From contig OZ024741.1 of the NCBI GenBank assembly GCA_964016885.1, positions 209,436,001-209,500,000 on the forward strand: a stretch of DNA of 64,000 bases, in the 5' to 3' direction. The notes below the pieces were generated by a model that was not told the origin of the DNA, made no database searches, and saw only the letters and a program-made list of their open reading frames with translations. Every line of letters begins with the position of its first letter. Position 1 is the first letter of the stretch. This DNA comes from Eledone cirrhosa. Taxonomy: Eukaryota. Of the stretch, positions 38,901 to 54,144 are shown one piece after another. Both the position numbers and the translations under genes were made by a program.

Positions 38901-41900
38901 CCGCAACCTAACTTAACCCCAACTTAGCTTAACCGCAACTTAACTTAACCCCAACCTAACTTAACCCCAACTTAACTTAACCGCAACTTAACTTAACCGC
39001 AACCTAACTTAACCCCAACTTAACTTAACCGCAACTTAACTTAACCGCAACTTAGCTTAACCCCAACCCTTGGTGGGATCGATCTGTAATTACTGGTACA
39101 TGTGCAGACACTCATTGGCTGTGTGTGGCCTGATTTTCAGAAAGATATCTCCGTAAAATAACGAGTGGTGGCTGCGTAAAATAATGAATTACGCACGAAA
39201 ATGAGAAAATTTCGATTCTCGATTGTGGGCCGGCCGGATGTCGGATCGATTCGTAAATACAAGGATAATGTGCGGACACTCCTTGGCTGTGTGCGGCATG
39301 ATTTTCAGGACGATATCTCCGTAAAATCAAGAGTTGATAACCCCAACTTAACTTAACCCCAACTTAACTTAACCGCAACTTAACTTAACCGCAACCTAAC
39401 TTAACCCCAACTTAACTTAACCGCAACCTAACTTAACCCCAACTTAACTTAACCGCAACTTAACTTAACCCCAACCTAACTTAACCCCAACTTAACTTAA
39501 CCGCAACTTAACTTAACCGCAACCTAACTTAACCCTAACTTAACTTAACCGCAACTTAACTTAACCGCAACTTAGCTTAACCCCAACCCTTGGTGGGATC
39601 GATCTGTAATTACTGGTACATGTGCAGACACTCATTGGCTGTGTGTGGCCTGATTTTCAGAAAGATATCTCCGTAAAATAACGAGTGGTGGCTGCGTAAA
39701 TTAATGAATTACGCACGAAAATGAGAAAATTTCGATTCTCGATCGTGGGCCGGCCGGATGTCGGATCGATTCGTAAATACAAGGATAATGTGCGGACACT
39801 CCTTGCCTGTGTGCCGCATGATTTTCAGGACGATATCTCCGTAAAATCAAGAGTTGATAACCCCAACTTAACTTAACCCCAACTTAACTTAACCGCAACT
39901 TAACTTAACCGCAACCTAACTTAACCCCAACTTAACTTAACCGCAACCTAACTTAACCCCAACTTAACTTAACCGCAACTTAACTTAACCCCAACCTAAC
40001 TTAACCCCAACTTAACTTAACCGCAACTTAACTTAACCGCAACCTAACTTAACCCCAACTTAACTTAACCGCAACTTAACTTAACCGCAACTTAGCTTAA
40101 CCCCAACCCTTGGTGGGATCGATCTGTAATTACTGGTACATGTGCAGACACTCATTGGCTGTGTGTGGCCTGATTTTCAGAAAGATGTCTCCGTAAAATA
40201 ACGAGTGGTGGCTGCGTAAATTAATGAATTACGCACGAAAATGAGAAAATTTCGATTCTCGATCGTGGGCCGGCCGGATGTCGGATCGATTCGTAAATAC
40301 AATGATAATGTGCGGACACTCCTTGCCTGTGTGCCGCATGATTTTCAGGACGATATCTCCGTAAAATCAAGAGTTGATAACCCCAACTTAACTTAACCCC
40401 AACTTAACTTAACCGCAACTTAACTTAACCGCAACCTAACTTAACCCCAACTTAACTTAACCGCAACCTAACTTAACCCCAACTTAACTTAACCGCAACT
40501 TAACTTAACCCCAACCTAACTTAACCCCAACTTAACTTAACCGCAACTTAACTTAACCGCAACCTAACTTAACCCCAACTTAACTTAACCGCAACTTAAC
40601 TTAACCGCAACTTAGCTTAACCCCAACCCTTGGTGGGATCGATCTGTAATTACTGGTACATGTGCAGACACTCATTGGCTGTGTGTGGCCTGATTTTCAG
40701 AAAGATATCTCCGTAAAATAACGAGTGGTGGCTGCGTAAAATAATGAATTACGCACGAAAATGAGAAAATTTCGATTCTCGATCGTGGGCCGGCCGGATG
40801 TCGGATCGATTCGTAAATACAAGGATAATGTGCGGACACTCCTTGGCTGTGTGCGGCATGATTTTCAGGACGATATCTCCGTAAAATCAAGAGTTGATAA
40901 CCCCAACTTAACTTAACCCCAACTTAACTTAACCGCAACTTAACTTAACCGCAACCTAACTTAACCCCAACTTAACTTAACCGCAACTTAACTTAACCGC
41001 AACCTAACTTAACCCCAACTTAACTTAACCGCAACCTAACTTAACCCCAACTTAACTTAACCGCAACTTAACTTAACCCCAACCTAACTTAACCCCAACT
41101 TAACTTAACCGCAACTTAACTTAACCGCAACCTAACTTAACCCCAACTTAACTTAACCGCAACTTAACTTAACCGCAACTTAGCTTAACCCCAACCCTTG
41201 GTGGGATCGATCTGTAATTACTGGTACATGTGCAGACACTCATTGGCTGTGTGTGGCCTGATTTTCAGAAAGATATCTCCGTAAAATAACGAGTGGTGGC
41301 TGCGTAAAATAATGAATTACGCACGAAAATGAGAAAATTTCGATTCTCGATCGTGGGCCGGCCGGATGTCGGATCGATTCGTAAATACAAGGATAATGTG
41401 CGGACACTCCTTGGCTGTGTGCGGCATGATTTTCAGGACGATATCTCCGTAAAATCAAGAGTTGATAACCCCAACTTAACTTAACCCCAACTTAACTTAA
41501 CCGCAACTTAACTTAACCGCAACCTAACTTAACCCCAACTTCACTTAACCGCAACCTAACTTAACCCCAACTTAACTTAACCGCAACTTAACTTAACCCC
41601 AACCTAAATTAACTCCAACTTAACTTAACCGCAACTTAACTTAACCGCAACCTAACTTAACCCCAACTTAATTTAACCGCAACTTAACTTAACCGCAACT
41701 TAGCTTAACCCCAGCCCTTGGTGGGATCGATCTGTAATTACTGGTACATGTGCAGACACTCATTGGCTGTGTGTGGCCTGATTTTCAGAAAGATATCTCC
41801 GTAAAATAACGAGTGGTGGCTGCGTAAAATAATGAATTACGCACGAAAATGAGAAAATTTCGATTCTCGATCGTGGGCCGGCCGGATGTCGCATCGATTC

Positions 41901-44900
41901 GTAAATAGAAGGATAATGTGCGGACACTCCTTGGCTGTGTGCGGCATGATTTTCAGGACGATATTTCCGTAAAATCAAGAGTTGATAACCCCAACTTAAC
42001 TTAACCCCAACTTAACTTAACCCCAACTTAACTTAACCCCAACTTAACTTAACCGCAACTTAACTTAACCGCAACCTAACTTAACCCCAACTTAACTTAA
42101 CCGCAACCTAAATTAACCACAACTTAACTTAACCGCAACTTAACTTAACCCCAACCTAACTTAACCCCAACTTAACTTAACCGCAACTTAACTTAACCGC
42201 AACCTAACTTAACCCCAACTTAACTTAACCGCAACTTAACTTAACCGCAACTTAGCTTAACCCCAACCCTTGGTGGGATCGATCTGTAATTACTGGTACA
42301 TGTGCAGACACTCATTGGCTGTGTGTGGCCTGATTTTCAGAAAGATATCTCCGTAAAATAACGAGTGGTGGCTGCGTAAAATAATGAATTACACACGAAA
42401 ATGAGAAAATTTCGATTCTCGATCGTGGGCCGGCCGGATGTCGGATCGATTCGTAAATACAAGGATAATGTGCGGACACTCCTTGGCTGTGTGCGGCATG
42501 ATTTTCAGGACGATATCTCCGTAAAATCAAGAGTTGATAACCCCAACTTAACTTAACCCCAACTTAACTTAACCGCAACTTAACTTAACCGCAACCTAAC
42601 TTAACCCCAACTTAACTTAACCGCAACCTAACTTAACCCCAACTTAGCTTAACCGCAACTTAACTTAACCCCAACCTAACTTAACCCCAACTTAACTTAA
42701 CCGCAACTTAACTTAACCGCAACCTAACTTAACCCCAACTTAACTTAACCGCAACTTAACTTAACCGCAACTTAGCTTAACCCCAACCCTTGGTGGGATC
42801 GATCTGTAATTACTGGTACATGTGCAGACACTCATTGGCTGTGTGTGGCCTGATTTTCAGAAAGATATCTCCGTAAAATAACGAGTGGTGGCTGCGTAAA
42901 ATAATGAATTACGCACGAAAATGAGAAAATTTCGATTCTCGATTGTGGGCCGGCCGGATGTCGGATCGATTCGTAAATACAAGGATAATGTGCGGACACT
43001 CCTTGGCTGTGTGCGGCATGATTTTCAGGACGATATCTCCGTAAAATCAAGAGTTGATAACCCCAACTTAACTTAACCCCAACTTAACTTAACCGCAACT
43101 TAACTTAACCGCAACCTAACTTAACCCCAACTTAACTTAACCGCAACCTAACTTAACCCCAACTTAACTTAACCGCAACTTAACTTAACCCCAACCTAAC
43201 TTAACCCCAACTTAACTTAACCGCAACTTAACTTAACCGCAACCTAACTTAACCCTAACTTAACTTAACCGCAACTTAACTTAACCGCAACTTAGCTTAA
43301 CCCCAACCCTTGGTGGGATCGATCTGTAATTACTGGTACATGTGCAGACACTCATTGGCTGTGTGTGGCCTGATTTTCAGAAAGATATCTCCGTAAAATA
43401 ACGAGTGGTGGCTGCGTAAATTAATGAATTACGCACGAAAATGAGAAAATTTCGATTCTCGATCGTGGGCCGGCCGGATGTCGGATCGATTCGTAAATAC
43501 AAGGATAATGTGCGGACACTCCTTGCCTGTGTGCCGCATGATTTTCAGGACGATATCTCCGTAAAATCAAGAGTTGATAACCCCAACTTAACTTAACCCC
43601 AACTTAACTTAACCGCAACTTAACTTAACCGCAACCTAACTTAACCCCAACTTAACTTAACCGCAACCTAACTTAACCCCAACTTAACTTAACCGCAACT
43701 TAACTTAACCCCAACCTAACTTAACCCCAACTTAACTTAACCGCAACTTAACTTAACCGCAACCTAACTTAACCCCAACTTAACTTAACCGCAACTTAAC
43801 TTAACCGCAACTTAGCTTAACCCCAACCCTTGGTGGGATCGATCTGTAATTACTGGTACATGTGCAGACACTCATTGGCTGTGTGTGGCCTGATTTTCAG
43901 AAAGATGTCTCCGTAAAATAACGAGTGGTGGCTGCGTAAATTAATGAATTACGCACGAAAATGAGAAAATTTCGATTCTCGATCGTGGGCCGGCCGGATG
44001 TCGGATCGATTCGTAAATACAATGATAATGTGCGGACACTCCTTGCCTGTGTGCCGCATGATTTTCAGGACGATATCTCCGTAAAATCAAGAGTTGATAA
44101 CCCCAACTTAACTTAACCCCAACTTAACTTAACCGCAACTTAACTTAACCGCAACCTAACTTAACCCCAACTTAACTTAACCGCAACCTAACTTAACCCC
44201 AACTTAACTTAACCGCAACTTAACTTAACCCCAACCTAACTTAACCCCAACTTAACTTAACCGCAACTTAACTTAACCGCAACCTAACTTAACCCCAACT
44301 TAACTTAACCGCAACTTAACTTAACCGCAACTTAGCTTAACCCCAACCCTTGGTGGGATCGATCTGTAATTACTGGTACATGTGCAGACACTCATTGGCT
44401 GTGTGTGGCCTGATTTTCAGAAAGATATCTCCGTAAAATAACGAGTGGTGGCTGCGTAAAATAATGAATTACGCACGAAAATGAGAAAATTTCGATTCTC
44501 GATCGTGGGCCGGCCGGATGTCGGATCGATTCGTAAATACAAGGATAATGTGCGGACACTCCTTGGCTGTGTGCGGCATGATTTTCAGGACGATATCTCC
44601 GTAAAATCAAGAGTTGATAACCCCAACTTAACTTAACCCCAACTTAACTTAACCGCAACTTAACTTAACCGCAACCTAACTTAACCCCAACTTCACTTAA
44701 CCGCAACCTAACTTAACCCCAACTTAACTTAACCGCAACTTAACTTAACCCCAACCTAAATTAACTCCAACTTAACTTAACCGCAACTTAACTTAACCGC
44801 AACCTAACTTAACCCCAACTTAATTTAACCGCAACTTAACTTAACCGCAACTTAGCTTAACCCCAGCCCTTGGTGGGATCGATCTGTAATTACTGGTACA

Positions 44901-47900
44901 TGTGCAGACACTCATTGGCTGTGTGTGGCCTGATTTTCAGAAAGATATCTCCGTAAAATAACGAGTGGTGGCTGCGTAAAATAATGAATTACGCACGAAA
45001 ATGAGAAAATTTCGATTCTCGATCGTGGGCCGGCCGGATGTCGCATCGATTCGTAAATAGAAGGATAATGTGCGGACACTCCTTGGCTGTGTGCGGCATG
45101 ATTTTCAGGACGATATTTCCGTAAAATCAAGAGTTGATAACCCCAACTTAACTTAACCCCAACTTAACTTAACCCCAACTTAACTTAACCCCAACTTAAC
45201 TTAACCGCAACTTAACTTAACCGCAACCTAACTTAACCCCAACTTAACTTAACCGCAACCTAACTTAACCACAACTTAACTTAACCGCAACTTAACTTAA
45301 CCCCAACCTAACTTAACCCCAACTTAACTTAACCGCAACTTAACTTAACCGCAACCTAACTTAACCCCAACTTAACTTAACCGCAACTTAACTTAACCGC
45401 AACTTAGCTTAACCCCAACCCTTGGTGGGATCGATCTGTAATTACTGGTACATGTGCAGACACTCATTGGCTGTGTGTGGCCTGATTTTCAGAAAGATAT
45501 CTCCGTAAAATAACGAGTGGTGGCTGCGTAAAATAATGAATTACACACGAAAATGAGAAAATTTCGATTCTCGATCGTGGGCCGGCCGGATGTCGGATCG
45601 ATTCGTAAATACAAGGATAATGTGCGGACACTCCTTGGCTGTGTGCGGCATGATTTTCAGGACGATATCTCCGTAAAATCAAGAGTTGATAACCCCAACT
45701 TAACTTAACCCCAACTTAACTTAACCGCAACTTAACTTAACCGCAACCTAACTTAACCCCAACTTAACTTAACCGCAACCTAACTTAACCCCAACTTAGC
45801 TTAACCGCAACTTAACTTAACCCCAACCTAACTTAACCCCAACTTAACTTAACCGCAACTTAACTTAACCGCAACCTAACTTAACCCCAACTTAACTTAA
45901 CCGCAACTTAACTTAACCGCAACTTAGCTTAACCCCAACCCTTGGTGGGATCGATCTGTAATTACTGGTACATGTGCAGACACTCATTGGCTGTGTGTGG
46001 CCTGATTTTCAGAAAGATATCTCCGTAAAATAACGAGTGGTGGCTGCGTAAAATAATGAATTACGCACGAAAATGAGAAAATTTCGATTCTCGATTGTGG
46101 GCCGGCCGGATGTCGGATCGATTCGTAAATACAAGGATAATGTGCGGACACTCCTTGGCTGTGTGCGGCATGATTTTCAGGACGATATCTCCGTAAAATC
46201 AAGAGTTGATAACCCCAACTTAACTTAACCCCAACTTAACTTAACCGCAACTTAACTTAACCGCAACCTAACTTAACCCCAACTTAACTTAACCGCAACC
46301 TAACTTAACCCCAACTTAACTTAACCGCAACTTAACTTAACCCCAACCTAACTTAACCCCAACTTAACTTAACCGCAACTTAACTTAACCGCAACCTAAC
46401 TTAACCCTAACTTAACTTAACCGCAACTTAACTTAACCGCAACTTAGCTTAACCCCAACCCTTGGTGGGATCGATCTGTAATTACTGGTACATGTGCAGA
46501 CACTCATTGGCTGTGTGTGGCCTGATTTTCAGAAAGATATCTCCGTAAAATAACGAGTGGTGGCTGCGTAAATTAATGAATTACGCACGAAAATGAGAAA
46601 ATTTCGATTCTCGATCGTGGGCCGGCCGGATGTCGGATCGATTCGTAAATACAAGGATAATGTGCGGACACTCCTTGCCTGTGTGCCGCATGATTTTCAG
46701 GACGATATCTCCGTAAAATCAAGAGTTGATAACCCCAACTTAACTTAACCCCAACTTAACTTAACCGCAACTTAACTTAACCGCAACCTAACTTAACCCC
46801 AACTTAACTTAACCGCAACCTAACTTAACCCCAACTTAACTTAACCGCAACTTAACTTAACCCCAACCTAACTTAACCCCAACTTAACTTAACCGCAACT
46901 TAACTTAACCGCAACCTAACTTAACCCCAACTTAACTTAACCGCAACTTAACTTAACCGCAACTTAGCTTAACCCCAACCCTTGGTGGGATCGATCTGTA
47001 ATTACTGGTACATGTGCAGACACTCATTGGCTGTGTGTGGCCTGATTTTCAGAAAGATATCTCCGTAAAATAACGAGTGGTGGCTGCGTAAAATAATGAA
47101 TTACACACGAAAATGAGAAAATTTCGATTCTCGATCGTGGGCCGGCCGGATGTCGGATCGATTCGTAAATACAAGGATAATGTGCGGACACTCCTTGGCT
47201 GTGTGCGGCATGATTTTCAGGACGATATCTCCGTAAAATCAAGAGTTGATAACCCCAACTTAACTTAACCCCAACTTAACTTAACCGCAACTTAACTTAA
47301 CCGCAACCTAACTTAACCCCAACTTAACTTAACCGCAACCTAACTTAACCCCAACTTAGCTTAACCGCAACTTAACTTAACCCCAACCTAACTTAACCCC
47401 AACTTAACTTAACCGCAACTTAACTTAACCGCAACCTAACTTAACCCCAACTTAACTTAACCGCAACTTAACTTAACCGCAACTTAGCTTAACCCCAACC
47501 CTTGGTGGGATCGATCTGTAATTACTGGTACATGTGCAGACACTCATTGGCTGTGTGTGGCCTGATTTTCAGAAAGATATCTCCGTAAAATAACGAGTGG
47601 TGGCTGCGTAAAATAATGAATTACGCACGAAAATGAGAAAATTTCGATTCTCGATTGTGGGCCGGCCGGATGTCGGATCGATTCGTAAATACAAGGATAA
47701 TGTGCGGACACTCCTTGGCTGTGTGCGGCATGATTTTCAGGACGATATCTCCGTAAAATCAAGAGTTGATAACCCCAACTTAACTTAACCCCAACTTAAC
47801 TTAACCGCAACTTAACTTAACCGCAACCTAACTTAACCCCAACTTAACTTAACCGCAACCTAACTTAACCCCAACTTAACTTAACCGCAACTTAACTTAA

Positions 47901-49576
47901 CCCCAACCTAACTTAACCCCAACTTAACTTAACCGCAACTTAACTTAACCGCAACCTAACTTAACCCTAACTTAACTTAACCGCAACTTAACTTAACCGC
48001 AACTTAGCTTAACCCCAACCCTTGGTGGGATCGATCTGTAATTACTGGTACATGTGCAGACACTCATTGGCTGTGTGTGGCCTGATTTTCAGAAAGATAT
48101 CTCCGTAATATAACGAGTGGTGGCTGCGTAAATTAATGAATTACGCACGAAAATGAGAAAATTTCGATTCTCGATCGTGGGCCGGCCGGATGTCGGATCG
48201 ATTCGTAAATACAAGGATAATGTGCGGACACTCCTTGCCTGTGTGCCGCATGATTTTCAGGACGATATCTCCGTAAAATCAAGAGTTGATAACCCCAACT
48301 TAACTTAACCCCAACTTAACTTAACCGCAACTTAACTTAACCGCAACCTAACTTAACCCCAACTTAACTTAACCGCAACCTAACTTAACCCCAACTTAAC
48401 TTAACCGCAACTTAACTTAACCCCAACCTAACTTAACCCCAACTTAACTTAACCGCAACTTAACTTAACCGCAACCTAACTTAACCCCAACTTAACTTAA
48501 CCGCAACTTAACTTAACCGCAACTTAGCTTAACCCCAACCCTTGGTGGGATCGATCTGTAATTACTGGTACATGTGCAGACACTCATTGGCTGTGTGTGG
48601 CCTGATTTTCAGAAAGATGTCTCCGTAAAATAACGAGTGGTGGCTGCGTAAATTAATGAATTACGCACGAAAATGAGAAAATTTCGATTCTCGATCGTGG
48701 GCCGGCCGGATGTCGGATCGATTCGTAAATACAATGATAATGTGCGGACACTCCTTGCCTGTGTGCCGCATGATTTTCAGGACGATATCTCCGTAAAATC
48801 AAGAGTTGATAACCCCAACTTAACTTAACCCCAACTTAACTTAACCGCAACTTAACTTAACCGCAACCTAACTTAACCCCAACTTAACTTAACCGCAACC
48901 TAACTTAACCCCAACTTAACTTAACCGCAACTTAACTTAACCCCAACCTAACTTAACCCCAACTTAACTTAACCGCAACTTAACTTAACCGCAACCTAAC
49001 TTAACCCCAACTTAACTTAACCGCAACTTAACTTAACCGCAACTTAGCTTAACCCCAACCCTTGGTGGGATCGATCTGTAATTACTGGTACATGTGCAGA
49101 CACTCATTGGCTGTGTGTGGCCTGATTTTCAGAAAGATATCTCCGTAAAATAACGAGTGGTGGCTGCGTAAAATAATGAATTACGCACGAAAATGAGAAA
49201 ATTTCGATTCTCGATCGTGGGCCGGCCGGATGTCGGATCGATTCGTAAATACAAGGATAATGTGCGGACACTCCTTGGCTGTGTGCGGCATGATTTTCAG
49301 GACGATATCTCCGTAAAATCAAGAGTTGATAACCCCAACTTAACTTAACCCCAACTTAACTTAACCGCAACTTAACTTAACCGCAACCTAACTTAACCCC
49401 AACTTCACTTAACCGCAACCTAACTTAACCCCAACTTAACTTAACCGCAACTTAACTTAACCCCAACCTAAATTAACTCCAACTTAACTTAACCGCAACT
49501 TAACTTAACCGCAACCTAACTTAACCCCAACTTAATTTAACCGCAACTTAACTTAACCGCAACTTAGCTTAACCCC

Positions 49577-52500
49577 AGCCCTTGGTGGGATCGATCTGTA
49601 ATTACTGGTACATGTGCAGACACTCATTGGCTGTGTGTGGCCTGATTTTCAGAAAGATATCTCCGTAAAATAACGAGTGGTGGCTGCGTAAAATAATGAA
49701 TTACGCACGAAAATGAGAAAATTTCGATTCTCGATCGTGGGCCGGCCGGATGTCGCATCGATTCGTAAATAGAAGGATAATGTGCGGACACTCCTTGGCT
49801 GTGTGCGGCATGATTTTCAGGACGATATTTCCGTAAAATCAAGAGTTGATAACCCCAACTTAACTTAACCCCAACTTAACTTAACCCCAACTTAACTTAA
49901 CCCCAACTTAACTTAACCGCAACTTAACTTAACCGCAACCTAACTTAACCCCAACTTAACTTAACCGCAACCTAACTTAACCACAACTTAACTTAACCGC
50001 AACTTAACTTAACCCCAACCTAACTTAACCCCAACTTAACTTAACCGCAACTTAACTTAACCGCAACCTAACTTAACCCCAACTTAACTTAACCGCAACT
50101 TAACTTAACCGCAACTTAGCTTAACCCCAACCCTTGGTGGGATCGATCTGTAATTACTGGTACATGTGCAGACACTCATTGGCTGTGTGTGGCCTGATTT
50201 TCAGAAAGATATCTCCGTAAAATAACGAGTGGTGGCTGCGTAAAATAATGAATTACACACGAAAATGAGAAAATTTCGATTCTCGATCGTGGGCCGGCCG
50301 GATGTCGGATCGATTCGTAAATACAAGGATAATGTGCGGACACTCCTTGGCTGTGTGCGGCATGATTTTCAGGACGATATCTCCGTAAAATCAAGAGTTG
50401 ATAACCCCAACTTAACTTAACCCCAACTTAACTTAACCGCAACTTAACTTAACCGCAACCTAACTTAACCCCAACTTAACTTAACCGCAACCTAACTTAA
50501 CCCCAACTTAGCTTAACCGCAACTTAACTTAACCCCAACCTAACTTAACCCCAACTTAACTTAACCGCAACTTAACTTAACCGCAACCTAACTTAACCCC
50601 AACTTAACTTAACCGCAACTTAACTTAACCGCAACTTAGCTTAACCCCAACCCTTGGTGGGATCGATCTGTAATTACTGGTACATGTGCAGACACTCATT
50701 GGCTGTGTGTGGCCTGATTTTCAGAAAGATATCTCCGTAAAATAACGAGTGGTGGCTGCGTAAAATAATGAATTACGCACGAAAATGAGAAAATTTCGAT
50801 TCTCGATTGTGGGCCGGCCGGATGTCGGATCGATTCGTAAATACAAGGATAATGTGCGGACACTCCTTGGCTGTGTGCGGCATGATTTTCAGGACGATAT
50901 CTCCGTAAAATCAAGAGTTGATAACCCCAACTTAACTTAACCCCAACTTAACTTAACCGCAACTTAACTTAACCGCAACCTAACTTAACCCCAACTTAAC
51001 TTAACCGCAACCTAACTTAACCCCAACTTAACTTAACCGCAACTTAACTTAACCCCAACCTAACTTAACCCCAACTTAACTTAACCGCAACTTAACTTAA
51101 CCGCAACCTAACTTAACCCTAACTTAACTTAACCGCAACTTAACTTAACCGCAACTTAGCTTAACCCCAACCCTTGGTGGGATCGATCTGTAATTACTGG
51201 TACATGTGCAGACACTCATTGGCTGTGTGTGGCCTGATTTTCAGAAAGATATCTCCGTAAAATAACGAGTGGTGGCTGCGTAAATTAATGAATTACGCAC
51301 GAAAATGAGAAAATTTCGATTCTCGATCGTGGGCCGGCCGGATGTCGGATCGATTCGTAAATACAAGGATAATGTGCGGACACTCCTTGCCTGTGTGCCG
51401 CATGATTTTCAGGACGATATCTCCGTAAAATCAAGAGTTGATAACCCCAACTTAACTTAACCCCAACTTAACTTAACCGCAACTTAACTTAACCGCAACC
51501 TAACTTAACCCCAACTTAACTTAACCGCAACCTAACTTAACCCCAACTTAACTTAACCGCAACTTAACTTAACCCCAACCTAACTTAACCCCAACTTAAC
51601 TTAACCGCAACTTAACTTAACCGCAACCTAACTTAACCCCAACTTAACTTAACCGCAACTTAACTTAACCGCAACTTAGCTTAACCCCAACCCTTGGTGG
51701 GATCGATCTGTAATTACTGGTACATGTGCAGACACTCATTGGCTGTGTGTGGCCTGATTTTCAGAAAGATATCTCCGTAAAATAACGAGTGGTGGCTGCG
51801 TAAAATAATGAATTACGCACGAAAATGAGAAAATTTCGATTCTCGATCGTGGGCCGGCCGGATGTCGGATCGATTCGTAAATACAAGGATAATGTGCGGA
51901 CACTCCTTGGCTGTGTGCGGCATGATTTTCAGGACGATATCTCCGTAAAATCAAGAGTTGATAACCCCAACTTGACTTAACCGCAACTTAACTTAACCGC
52001 AACCTAACTTAACACTAACTTAACTTAACCGCAACTTAACTTAACCGCAACTTAGCTTAACCCCAACCCTTGGTGGGATCGATCTGTAATTACTGGTACA
52101 TGTGCAGACACTCATTGGCTGTGTGTGGCCTGATTTTCAGAAAGATATCTCCGTAAAATAACGAGTGGTGGCTGCGTAAAATAATGAATTACGCACGAAA
52201 ATGAGAAAATTTCGATTCTCGATCGTGGGCCGGCCGGATGTCGGATCGATTCGTAAATACAAGGATAATGTGCGGACACTCCTTGCCTGTGTGCCGCATG
52301 ATTTTCAGGACGATATCTCCGTAAAATCAAGAGTTGATAACCCCAACTTAACTTAACCCCAACTTAACTTAACCGCAACTTAACTTAACCGCAACCTAAC
52401 TTAACCCCAACTTAACTTAACCGCAACCTAACTTAACCCCAACTTAACTTAACCGCAACTTAACTTAACCCCAACCTAACTTAACCCCAACTTAACTTAA

Positions 52501-54144
52501 CCGCAACTTAACTTAACCGCAACCTAACTTAACCCCAACTTAACTTAACCGCAACTTAACTTAACCGCAACTTAGCTTAACCCCAACCCTTGGTGGGATC
52601 GATCTGTAATTACTGGTACATGTGCAGAGACTCATTGGCTGTGTGTGGCCTGATTTTCAGAAAGATATCTCCGTAAAATAACGAGTGGTGGCTGCGTAAA
52701 ATAATGAATTACGCACGAAAATGAGAAAATTTCGATTCTCGATCGTGGGCCGGCCGGATGTCGGATCGATTCGTAAATACAAGGATAATGTGCGGACACT
52801 CCTTGGCTGTGTGCGGCATGATTTTCAGGACGATATCTCCGTAAAATCAAGCGTTGATAACCCCAACTTAACTTAACCCCAACTTAACTTAACCGCAACT
52901 TAACTTAACCGCAACCTAACTTAACCCCAACTTAACTTAACCGCAACCTAACTTAACCCCAACTTAACTTAACCGCAACTTAACTTAACCCCAACCTAAC
53001 TTAACCCCAACTTAACTTAACCGCAACTTAACTTAACCGCAACCTAACTTAACCCTAACTTAACTTAACCGCAACTTAACTTAACCGCAACTTAGCTTAA
53101 CCCCAACCCTTGGTGGGATCGATCTGTAATTACTGGTACATGTGCAGACACTCATTGGCTGTGTGTGGCCTGATTTTCAGAAAGATGTCTCCGTAAAATA
53201 ACGAGTGGTGGCTGCGTAAATTAATGAATTACGCACGAAAATGAGAAAATTTCGATTCTCGATCGTGGGCCGGCCGGATGTCGGATCGATTCGTAAATAC
53301 AATGATAATGTGCGGACACTCCTTGCCTGTGTGCCGCATGATTTTCAGGACGATATCTCCGTAAAATCAAGAGTTGATAACCCCAACTTAACTTAACCCC
53401 AACTTAACTTAACCGCAACTTAACTTAACCGCAACCTAACTTAACCCCAACTTAACTTAACCGCAACCTAACTTAACCCCAACTTAACTTAACCGCAACT
53501 TAACTTAACCCCAACCTAACTTAACCCCAACTTAACTTAACCGCAACTTAACTTAACCGCAACCTAACTTAACCCCAACTTAACTTAACCGCAACTTAAC
53601 TTAACCGCAACTTAGCTTAACCCCAACCCTTGGTGGGATCGATCTGTAATTACTGGTACATGTGCAGACACTCATTGGCTGTGTGTGGCCTGATTTTCAG
53701 AAAGATATCTCCGTAAAATAACGAGTGGTGGCTGCGTAAAATAATGAATTACGCACGAAAATGAGAAAATTTCTATTCTCGATCGTGGGCCGGCCGGATG
53801 TCGGATCGATTCGTAAATACAAGGATAATGTGCGGACACTCCTTGGCTGTGTGCGGCATGATTTTCAGGACGATATCTCCGTAAAATCAAGAGTTGATAA
53901 CCCCAACTTAACTTAACCCCAACTTAACTTAACCGCAACTTAACTTAACCGCAATCTAACTTAACCCCAACTTAACTTAACCGCAACCTAACTTAACCCC
54001 AACTTAACTTAACCGCAACTTAACTTAACCCCAACCTAAATTAACTCCAACTTAACTTAACCGCAACTTAACTTAACCGCAACCTAACTTAACCCCAACT
54101 TAATTTAACCGCAACTTAACTTAACCGCAACTTAGCTTAACCCC
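49577..54144. repeat. Cleanest copy of a 9-monomer higher-order repeat (4568 bp)
   Basis: K-to-K distance 54192-49624 = 4568 = 552 + 7x520 + 376. The same class order appears at 5212-10820 with one extra 2-monomer duplication, and partially at 26448-32432. Confidence 0.8.
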
